The translations under genes and the position numbers were made by a program. A stretch of DNA of 63,799 nt, the filler included, from Vannella sp. (taxonomy: Eukaryota), in NCBI GenBank assembly GCA_023345925.1. It is 7 parts of 7 records of this genome, joined end to end, with 100 filler letters (N's around TTAATTAATTAA, not from the genome) between each part and the next. Parts side by side here need not be neighbours in the genome. Positions count along the whole stretch, not along the records: positions 36,243 to 50,777 come from JAJQQN010000233.1; positions 50,878 to 60,627 come from JAJQQN010000205.1; 5 more parts are not named here. One strand, written 5' to 3'. Shown piece by piece: positions 46,243 through 56,900 of this stretch (positions within the stretch are counted from its first letter, which is position 1; each line of letters starts with the position of its first letter). The notes under the pieces were generated by a model, which searched no databases, was not told the origin of the DNA, and saw only the letters and a list, made by a program, of their open reading frames with translations.

Positions 46243-49200
46243 CTAAGTAGCGTTCTTTCGACGGACGGGAAGGAAAGACTTCTTCTTGGGCTTGTTGGCG
46301 AGGAGAGCGCCGGCAGACTCGGAAGCAGTTTGGGGGGAACTTGGCGGGGTCATCGAATCGCTAGCGGATGGAATGCGTCTGGCACCCAACTGTGGAGACC
46401 CTTCAGTACCACTCTTTCTAACCAGGGAGCTGACGGCGTTGCGCATGGCCAAGGAATCCCCGTGGTGGACTTTCTCCAAGAGCCATTGCAAAACGCACTT
46501 CTCAAAGTCAGCCTGGTCTCCTGCAAATTCGGCCTTCACAAAGGCATTGAGAGCTTCAGTGTGGTTGTCAGTCTAGGACGAAGTCAGTACTACTATGAGG
46601 GGGTGGAGAGGGCGGGCCATTACAATCAGGAATTCTCCTTCTTCGATCTTTTCGAAGTCATCGTCGGATGTGGGGCTTGTTGCAGGCCACTGTCCTCCAG
46701 AGCGATGGGATGCCACATCCGAGATGTCGTTAACACTGACTTGTCCCCAAAGACTTCCCCGTTGGATAATAGCATGGGTAGTGGAGCGAGTAAGTCCTAA
46801 CATCTGTCCTCTGGCTGCTCGAGACCCCTTGCGGAGCGGCACCGAAGGCTTCATCGCCAATGCCTGTTCCTGCTCAGCTGGCTTGCTTTCTGCACATGAA
46901 GCCGATACTGATGAGTATTCAAGTTGGATCCGGCTTTGAGCTGGTCAGCTTACCTTCTAGCAGCTGTAAGATGGTCGAACTGTTAGCTTGAGCTGCCAAC
47001 TCGATGGGAGTACCACGCTTGCTCTTGATTGTGGGGTTGGCTCCGAACTTGAGAAGCAATTTGACAGCGAGAATGTCATGAAGGCCCACTGCAAAGAACA
47101 AAGGCGTTGTGTTGTTGTCACTCACCGCGTTTGGATTAGCCTGGTGCTCCAAAAGGTACTTTGTCACGTATTCGTTTCCTTTCATGACAGAATGGTGCAA
47201 AGCTGTTTCCCCTGACTTGCCCAAGATATCAATGTCCACCGTCTCGCGGAACTTGTCGAGGATTTGGTTAATCTTTTGCTCTTCAATGGGATTCTGGGGT
47301 TTGATGCGAGCAGCATAGTGAAGCGCTGTTGTGCCGTCTGTGCTGCGCTTGGATAAGACCAATCCTTTCTTTTGGAGTAGAACAAGAAGAACCTCGAGGG
47401 ACTGCTGGCTTGCAGCGCAGTGCATTGGAGTCCACCCGTTTCGGTCCTGAGCGTTCAAGTTGACCTTTGGGTCCATTAGAATCTGGAAAACGTCCCCGCA
47501 GCGATCTTCGAACGCAGCTTTGTGAAGTGGGGTCTGTCCATACTCATCACGGGTGTCATTAGGACCATCCTCCGGCTCAGGTGCTCCCAAAGGGGGTCGA
47601 CTTTCGTCGCGGAGCTGCTCCGAGACCTTGACGTAATTCGAGGGAAAGTACCCCTTTTTGCCATTGGCTTCACCATACCACCAACCGACTCCATATTCAT
47701 CGGTCACCTTGATGTTGTTGATGCGGTCTCCATCTCGGAAGGAGATTTCTGCCTCATTTTCGGCAGAGTAGGCATACTCAGCACGGGCTCGATATCCGCA
47801 TACTTTGTACTCCCTTAGGAATGTCAATAGATCTTCTGATATCTTCTTGGCAAGATTCAAAGGAGTCTCGTGTTTGGCATTCTCTAGATGGCGATCTGCA
47901 CCGCTTTCCAAGAGGACGCTGATGATGTCCCTGTCGTTCTGTTGCACGGCAATGTGCAGAGAAGTCTCTCCTCGTGAGTCCTTTGCGTTTACATTGCAGA
48001 ACTCCTTAATAAGCCACTTGATAGCTTTAGAGTTGAGCCTCATGGTGGCCTCATGAAGGAGAGTCTAGGCCGTTGTCAGATCTACCCAATGAAGAACATG
48101 AGAAAGGAAACCTACAGAATCCATTTTGTCACGGCACATCAGGTCTGCACCAGCCTCCAAAAAGGCATTCCAAGTCTCTTCACAGTCATCAATGTTCCAG
48201 CGAAGGGCGTAGGACAAAGGAGTCGTCAAATCCTTTGTCATCAAGTTGACATCAATCTTGGGGTGCTAAACGAGACTGGATTAAGGCACAGACTTATACT
48301 CTGGTTTGAAGATCTTACACGGAGCAAGAGCATGGCAATATCCACCAAGTTCGCTTGCGTTGCAATGTGAAGGGGTGTCCAATCATCTTTGTCTTGAGCA
48401 TTGACATTGCGGTCATCGGAAAGTAGCTCTCGCACTAAGGAGATGTCATTATCTTTGACTGCACGGTGGAGTTCCGTTTGTCCTTGCTCGTCAATAGTCT
48501 CATCTGCACTAAGCCGAGAGTATTCGATGAACTTGATTCGAACGTTAACCTCTTGGATGATCTCGCGGTGTTTCTGCGAGAAGTAGACAAGAACGGAGGT
48601 ATCCTGAGAATACTGGATCTGGAATGTAAAGTTGTTGAGATCCTTGATGCTCTTGACAGCACTGTACTTCTTGTGATACACAGTGGCGCCCCCTTTGTTC
48701 TGTATCATGATGCCCTTTTGAGTTAATGTGAGCTTTCTGTTGGCCTTCTTCCCGTCTCGGATTTCGACAATGTCATAAACTAGATTGCGGAACGTATCTG
48801 GTAGCTGGGGAGGGAGTGGTGCATGACAGACGGACTCAACAACCTAGAGAAAGCATTAGAAAGTGGCTTGAAGAAGGTTCGCTACCAAGAGACGCACAAG
48901 GCGAGTGAATGTCTTATCTTTGAGGATTTCTCTATGGTCTGCACCTTCTAGTTCCTCCACCACAACATCAATCTCCTTACTCCAATGACTGCAGTAACTC
49001 AAAGAGGGATAAGGCACTGTGCCATCTCCCGACCGCTTCTTCCCGCGCAGCTTGTTTTGCACAGTGTCATTGGTTTCGTAAGCAATGCCTCCATGGCAAA
49101 CATAATTGGACATATCTCCCTGCAACAGCATGAGCAAGAGAGAGGGGCGCCTCCCGGAACACGCACCGACGGGTCAAGCTCTAACTTGGTGAGACCTGTG

Positions 49201-50607
49201 GAGTTCTTGTAGAAGTAGAACGTCTCTGTCTTCAAGTTGATACCGTAGATGGCCAGTATTTTGTCCACTGGAGGGGCACTGAGCATCTCCTCTTGAGTAC
49301 CAAAGTGTGGGTCTTTCTGTGAGAGAGTGAGTCTCCTAGCGGCTGTCGAAAGGGTCACAGACCAAGTAGTTCGCGTCGTATCCGTTCCAGATTCCAGGGA
49401 CTTCAGACTCGATACACGCATCCTCAATGGACTGTCCAACCCAGGAGCCTTCGACGTGCACCTTCCCAGGAGTGCGTCTGGTCTTATCTGCTCGGCGGTA
49501 GATGTAGTTGGTGAACTCATGGTCGTACGTAACGAAGGGGAACATCCAAGGGGAGCTTCCACACCCACGGGAGAGAAGAACGCCCTCGTCCTCGAAGAGG
49601 AAGGCATCAAGGCCCATCCGTTCTCCTGATAGAGTTGCCCGTACGGACTTGGGAGCACCCAAGAAGAGTGGACCAACAGCAATCCACGTGTGGACGTTCT
49701 CTGAGATCCAAGCGCGACCGAACTTGCGTTCAACGAAGCGTAAGAAGTAGTGCGTGCAGCGGGTTCCAAGACTATGGGCCAGGATGATGACCTTCTTGCC
49801 CTCATTGACTGCCACCATGTCTTGTATCTTATCCTTCAGCTTGTCAAAGTACCCATCACGTGACTGCAAGAAGCAGGGAGGAATGCGCCAGTCATACTGC
49901 CCCCTTTTGTGTCAGTATCACGTCATACCAACGTGCTACAAGCTCCCTCTTACCGGTGCCGCACGGAGGTTAGTATCTGTATAGCCGATATCCCATAGAG
50001 TCTCCACCAAAGGGCCGAACACGTACGATAACGCGTTCGTGATGGCGCCAGGGTCCAGATACATGATACCGTGGATGGTTTCGATGGGACGAAGTTTGAT
50101 ACCCACAGGGTCAGTCACACCATCCTCTTGAAGGACGATGTGAGCTATCCATCGCCGTCTGGCGTGGTCTTCGACCTCTTGCGAGACAACAGGGAGAGCT
50201 CCTGCTGGGGAGGTCTCTGCGCGACCTAAGTGAGGAGAGTTATCTACTGAGAGTGCTAGGACGTCACTAGAGCTCTTAGACGCGTCAGAGGTGATCCTCT
50301 TCTTCTTCTTCCGCTCTGCTGGAAGTTAGTATGACGTGTTCGTGCCCTTTCTGACTCACTCTTGATAGACATCTGGTCCCAAACCTTTCCAAAGCCAATG
50401 GTAGTGACATCAAGCCAGATGCGTCGGTCTATCCACTCCTTATGAGGACTCTCCACCACTTTCATGGCCGTGGAGCATAACCCTTCGTTCCTCGTCAGTC
50501 ACTCTCCTCTCAGTCTCTCACACCTTCGAAACCTTACCAGGAATGATCACCACAGGCAAGTTGGGTGTGTACCCGCGCTGCTTGAACTTCTGGCCAGCCT
50601 TGACCAT
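46243..50607 (-). CDS. LCAT/PDAT-family acyltransferase or phospholipase fused to PH-like, ankyrin, SH3 and ankyrin domains, multi-exon (5' end may be truncated)
   Basis: PVVIIPG, APYDWR, AHSLG, GDGTVP, DHREIL. An intron at ~48844-48897 joins KTFTRL in frame to VVESVCHAPLPP...KGIMIQNK and on into the ankyrin repeats and SH3 (ARAEYAY...WWYG...GYFPSNYV). Confidence 0.78.
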
Positions 50608-50777
50608 CCGCCCTAGCAACAAATGACCCAAAGTTTCGTTGTGCCATGTTCCGGTGGCTCTCCCACGGCTTCACCCACTTGCCTTAGTCTCCTTAGACCT
50701 ACTTCTATCCCAATGGCAAGCATCCCAAGGCCATCCAGCCCAAACGCCCGTTCGGCACAACAAAGCGTTGCGTTGGA

Positions 50778-50877
50778 NNNNNNNNNNNNNNNNNNNNNNN
50801 NNNNNNNNNNNNNNNNNNNNNTTAATTAATTAANNNNNNNNNNNNNNNNNNNNNNNNNNNNNNNNNNNNNNNNNNNN
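50778..50877. other. Artificial contig-joining spacer
   Basis: N-run containing TTAATTAATTAA. Confidence 0.98.
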
Positions 50878-51264
50878 TCACCTTCAACAGTCTCTCCATA
50901 TCCAGCTCCAGCTTCGAGCTCCTTCAAACTCGCCTTTTGGAGGTCCATCTCCTCCTGATCCATCTCCAACTTCTCCTGATCCAGCTCCAGCATCTTCAAA
51001 CTCGCCTCTCGGTTTCCATCTTGTTCATTTTCTGAAGGGATTCCTTCAGCGTCTCCAGCTTTGCTCTCCGCTTCTAAAGCTCCGCTCCTCTTCCGCTGCA
51101 CTTTTGTATCTCTGAGATTCTCGACTGTGGCCCACCCCAGTCCACCTGAACCGGCTGCGGGCCCCTGGCTCTTGTGACAGAGACCGAGTTGACCTTCGCT
51201 GTTGTCTCCAAAAGCCAAAAGGCCCCTTCTGTGAGAGGAGGAGCGTGTGGTTGCCCAAGGGCAT
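50878..51264 (-). pseudogene. Frameshifted, internally deleted paralogue of the RCC1 gene at 1411-2442, followed by a coiled-coil segment
   Basis: MPLGNHTLLLS / frameshift / LLAFGDNSEGQLGLCHK versus the paralogue's MPFGWHTLLLSLEGNLLAFGDNRNGQLGLCHK. Confidence 0.7.
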
Positions 51265-51369
51265 TCCAATGAATGGGGTGATGGGCTCAAGTACTCGAAA
51301 AATAAAATAAATAAATTCATGCAACCATCCCGAAGCCATCCCTCTTGCGATTCATTAATTGTTGGAGGG

Positions 51370-52426
51370 ATGGCGACGAGGATCTCCACCAGAGTCTGTG
51401 CGATCTTGGGTATTGAGCACCCTATCATTATGGGGGGTATGACGGGAGTAGGAACTCCGGAACTGGCGGCAGCAGTGAGTAATGCTGGTGGTTTGGGTGT
51501 CTTTGCTGCGCACAACGCGGGGAGCCCTGAAGAGTGTAAGAAGTGGATCGAACGAACCCGAGCCCTCACCAAAAAGCCCTTTGGAGTCAACCTCACCATT
51601 CTCCCTTCCATTGGGCCCCCTCCTCCTTATGAAGAGTACGCCAAGGTCATCATTGAGAGCGGCGTGCGCATCGTAGAGACTGCTGGATCGAACCCAAGGA
51701 AGTGGATTCCTCTCTTTAAGAGCGCAGGCCTCATCTCGATCCATAAGTGCGTCACCATCCGACATGCCCTCTCGGCGGAGAAGCTCGGAGTTGATATCAT
51801 CTCCTTGGACGGCTTTGAGTGCGCAGGTAGGACCTCTGGAGCTCTTGATACTCTGTATCCTTCTTACTGTACAAACAGGGCACCCTGGAGAGGCTGATGT
51901 GGGCAACTTTGTGCTGCAAGCTCGTGGTGCGGAGACTTTGACGGTTCCCTTTGTCTGCAGCGGTGGTGTTGGTCATGGGAGTCAACTGACAGCAGCTCTA
52001 GCCTTAGGTGCTGAAGGAGTCAACTGTGGGACTCTCTTCTGTGCAACACAAGAGTGCTCTTGGCCTTCTTCCTACAAAGAAGCTATGATTGAGGCCACAG
52101 AGAACGATACTGTGCTTCTATTCCGTCAGTTGCACAACACTGCTCGTGTGTTCGGGAACTCCGTGGCCAAGCAGGCCCAGGCTATTGAAATGGAGAAGGG
52201 CAAAGACATCCAGTTTACGGATATCGTTGATCTTGTCGCGGGGAAGCGGGGACGTGAAGCAGAGAAGAACAATGACAAGGATGGTGGCATTTGGTCAGCT
52301 GGCCAGACCGTGGGTCTCATCCATGACACTCCCACTTGCCAGGAACTGATCGACCGGATGGTTGCCCAGGCCGTTGCCGCTCATACCCGAGTGAGCTCCA
52401 TGTTGCAGCCTTCCTCTAAGCTCTAG
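51370..52426 (+). CDS. Nitronate monooxygenase / 2-nitropropane dioxygenase family FMN enzyme, 1 intron
   Basis: LGIEHPIIMGGM, AVSNAGGLG, KPFGVNL, DGFECAGHPGE (across intron 51827-51878), SGGVG, LGAEGVNCGT, WSAGQ. Confidence 0.93.
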
Positions 52427-52515
52427 CCTATAGTAACAACTAGAGGGCATTCCTAACCAAAGGATAAACCAAACAATGACTTCCCGGCGACCAAGTGACT
52501 TCCAGGTATCCTATT

Positions 52516-53949
52516 TTAACGAATCTCCAAACTCCCTGAGCGGGACAATGTCTGACACTTGGCACGAGGCGGGAAAATATTCCAGAAGCGAAGAGTTTCA
52601 TCTCCCGCCCCTGTCACCACTGTAGTTCCATCCGGGGACACTGCCAGGTAGAGCACTCGAGTCGTATGACCAGACAGAGTGGCTAAAGGGGCCAGTGATG
52701 GGTAACTCCAAACTGCCACTTGGTTCTGTGAGAAGCCGTGAGTACTGACAATCTCATTGACGTTCTTGGACCACGCCAGATTGCAGACTTGGGACCCAGT
52801 GTCGAAATGATGTAACGCTTCGCCCGTTAAGACATCTCTAAAGCGCATGGAGCGGTCTGCTGTACCTCCACCGGAGACCAAAAGACCTCTTTGATGAGGC
52901 GACCAGCTGAGAGCCTTGACTGCGGCTGTGTGGTCCTCAAATCGATGAGTTGGTTGGTCCGCTCGATTGTCCCAGACCAGTAGAGTGTTGTCATTCCCTC
53001 CTGAAGCTAGACAGCGTCCATCGGGAGACCATTCGATGCCGCAGACCTCTTGTTTGTGACCTCGCAATTGCGCACAGAAAGGTTCGGGTGTTCGGACATC
53101 GCGGTGGAAGATGATCCGGTCTCGGCTTCCTGACGAGAGAAGATGGTGGTTCCAATCTAGTGCACCTACTCTCGTGTTGTGGTTGCTGTATGAGCGAATG
53201 CACTGCTTTGCTTCCACATCCCAAATCACCACTCGCCCTCGCATCGTCCCTACTGCTAGATGAGTTCCCTGAGGCCCAAATTAGGGTTCTGACTTTGATA
53301 AACCATCGTATTTCACTCACGCGTCCCACCCAACGAACAGAAGTGACGAGTTGCTGGTCGGGCAACTCCATCATCTTTTCTGTGCAGCCAGTTGCAGCGT
53401 TCCAGAGGTAGACAGAAGAGTTCAATCCAACCGCTAAGATGTTGCGAGAAGACCAGTCAACGAGATTGAGGTAGAAGTCATCCTGAATGCCAGGAGCCTC
53501 AAGCATCTTGAAGGGAGTGCGGGAGATCTTCCTCGCACTTCTCTTGGGAGAAGCTAGGAGGCGTTGTGATGAGGGCCTCATAGGTGACCTAGTAAAAGAT
53601 GATTCTTCTGGTGATGAGCTTTCGTTGGCAGAGAACTGGAGGATGTTCTTCGGCGGAGTCCCCAGAACCTCGCTTCTTAACAGGAGGTCGTACGTGCTTT
53701 CTCCCCCTTCTAGCATTACTTGATTAGAATCTATCAAGAGAAAAGCCATTGCTAGTCGCCTTACCACGAGCAGGAGAGCTTAACTCGTAGAGAGTTTGTT
53801 GATCTTCCACTCGACGAGGAATGAACCTTCCCACAACCTGAGCTTCTCCTTCACGACCGCCAACCCTCGACTCACCTCTCCCCTTTAGCTCCTCTCTGTT
53901 TGTCCACGCCTGAGCCGAAAGAAAGCCGCTTGCGGTAAGCGGGGTCCAT
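52516..53949 (-). CDS. FZR1: APC/C activator Cdh1 / fizzy-related, multi-exon
   Basis: MDPAYRKRL start, C-box ERFIPRR after splicing, DDFYLNLVDWS, WD40 repeats, C-terminal IR tail. Confidence 0.93.
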
Positions 53950-53968
53950 CAGCAACTGCCAATGATTA

Positions 53969-56900
53969 TTATGCATTTATTACCGATTGATTGGGAAGAA
54001 AGAGTTTGGAGAGGGCTATCGCAAAGCTGTTCTTCAGAAGAGGATAGAAGAGGAATGTGGAATGCTTGGGGAGAGTGCATTCCAAAGGAGTGTTGGAAAA
54101 GAGGAAAATGTGATCGTTTGGCTGAATAAGATTGTCAGTGAGCTCTTGAAGTTCACTTGGAGTCCTCTTTTGAGCATCTATGAGAAGGATTCGACGTCCT
54201 TTTGTCGCAGGGAATCTTTGAATGAGCTCCAGATCAGAGTGGCATTCTTGAAGTGAAAGTCCGCATCGTTCTGACTCCATCCGCAAGGAAGAGATCATTT
54301 TGGGCTCTGAAGAGAGGATGAATAGACTTGCCTCACTCAAGCTGAGGTTCTCTGCAGGCGGTGCAAGAGGCTCACAGTGGCAAAGTTCCAGTTCCAATGG
54401 GAAGGAGAAGGACGAGCCGAACCCAATCGCACTGCGGCAGCTTATTTGAGACTCTCCCTTACTTAATAGCTCAATTAATCGTTGAGAGAGGGCTAAACCC
54501 ATCCCAGTTCCAGAGTGTTGGCGCGTGCTGGACCTGTCAATTTGGGAAAAAGGCTGAAAAAGAAGCTTTTGGTGCTCTTCAGAAATGCCAATACCTGTAT
54601 CTTCAACCGTAAATAGTAGCTTTGCGTACTCGGGAGAACCCTCTTCGGGAGTGTAGATAGTGACGACTTCACATTTCAACGTAATTTGGCCTTTCTCAGT
54701 GAATTTAAGTGCGTTTGAGCAGAGATTAGTCAAAACCTTTTTCAGGTGCACTTGGTCACCCTCCACAATGAACAGACCACGAATGAGCTCATCCGTCTCA
54801 ATGTGAATCTGGACATTGTTATTGGGCTGTTTGGGACGGACGCATTCGTCTAAGCAAGTGCGAACGTCAAAGGTAGTGAAGACAATTTGAAGTTGGTTGG
54901 ATTGACAAGCTTGGTAATCGATAATGTCACACATAACTTGAAGCAGACCTTGAGCTGACGTTTTGATCATTTCAACAAGCTGGGTTTGTTCCAAGTCAAT
55001 AACAGATTCTTGCAGCTTCTGAAGGTCCGCAAGGATACCAGACAAAGGAGTCTTTAACTCATCGGATATCGCTCGCACGAAGTAATCCTTCATCTCTGTA
55101 ATCCTTTTGAGTTCTCTATTTTTCTTCCTTGCTTTCGCCAACAAATTGTCCAAAGAATTGCTTAAAAAGTGATATTCCATAACAACAGCCACTTGGGAGA
55201 CTAAGTGATCCAAGATGTGCTCTACATTTGAAAATGCATCAGCCTTATCTCGGCTGACGAGATAGAAAGCTCCAAAGAGATGCCCTCCAGAAGAGAGGGG
55301 GAGAACTTGGAGTGTGGCGATGTTTGTCTTCTTAATGTGCTCGTCCAACTTGCGCCTTACGTAATGTTGGCTGAGACCAACAACTGTACAGATTCTTTGA
55401 ACCACGTCCACAGGAATCTCATCCCGCAGCGACTGAAGACGAAGACAATTCTCATTTTTGTCTCGTTTTGGGAGGGGGAACCCAATTAGCTCAGAGTTCT
55501 TCCATCGCATAATGCAAAAGACTTCGTGGTCTTGTGAGCAAAGGAGGTATCCTTCTTCACAATTTACATCCGAAATCAAAATCTCCACTGCAATGCGGAT
55601 CATCTGGCGAATGTCCTTCCCTTGAGTTATCGATTGAGATATGCGATTAAGTGTCTTTGCCTGCCGCTGCTTTTCAGCAAAAGCATTGCCACTGCGGGTT
55701 AGCAGGCTCTCTCCTTTTGATTGCTTTGAAATGGACCCTTTCAGAGAGTCGCACTTGGCAGAAGCACCCCATTGGCTGTAGAGCATTATTGCTTCCTCTA
55801 ACATGCCAGAACTGCAGAGTCTTAGCCCCAGTTCACGGTAGAATGATGAGAGTCTCTCTGCTGCTAGCGCACCAAAAAGAGGGAGTCCAGCATCGAGCGA
55901 GCTGGCAAGGGCTTGTTCGTACAATTTCATAGCAATCTCTGTAGGCTTCCCTTGGAGGCGATTGAGCTCTGCTTCTATCAAAAGAGCCTTACACTGGAAT
56001 CGAAGGGGAGTAATAGAGGCATATTGCTCGAGTTTTGATTGCGCATTGAGCAGAAGAACTTCCTTTTGCTGCTTCGAAAAGGTTTGGTCTTCCAAGCGAA
56101 TAATGGCAATCCAGAAAACGCTGTCAAGAGCAGGAGGAGTACCCGACATCATGCTGATAGTAAGTTCTACAAGTCCAATAAATTCCAAAGCCAAATCTAG
56201 ATATCCAAGCAAGTAAAACGCGCGTGCCATTTCATAGAAGGCGAAAGATGCAAAAGGGGAAGTTGAAGAACGCATTTCGTCCAAAGTTGAAAGGGAAGTT
56301 CCGTCACTCATCTCTGTAGGCAGAGAACCGTGGCAGAGCAGAAACGCAGCAGAAAATGTGGCAAAAAACACCAAAATAGAGTCAGTCTTTCTATGGGCTA
56401 TCACCTCAGAACTGAGGAAAGCCACATTTTGGAGTACTTGCGGAAGGGGGGCCACGAAAAAGGTGAGCGCCACTACGCGAGTGAGTAGCATGAGAACTAT
56501 GTTGGAGACATCGTGAACCTGAATGGAAGCTCGGCGTGCAATGATCTCCATTCCTTCCATTCGGCTCCTGTCGCAGTTTCTGTCCATGAATGAGCAAAGT
56601 AATACTCCGTTTCCTGCGTGCGCAGTAGCAGATGGGTTATCGAATTCAATCGCTAATTTCCAAGCTACGCGGATCATTTCAACAATCTCGATGCTTGGAC
56701 CTAAAATGCCTTGAATTCCAAACGCTAAGAATGCAATGTGGGCGCTCAGAGTCTTAGTAACAACCTTCTTCTCCAAACACTTTCGAATACTCAGGATGCA
56801 AATATTCCCGAAAAGGGCAATCTCCCTCACAAAGAACAATGAAGGAAGGATAGAACAGGCTACCTCATGGAAGAGGATGATATCAGGAGGATCTTCCCTC

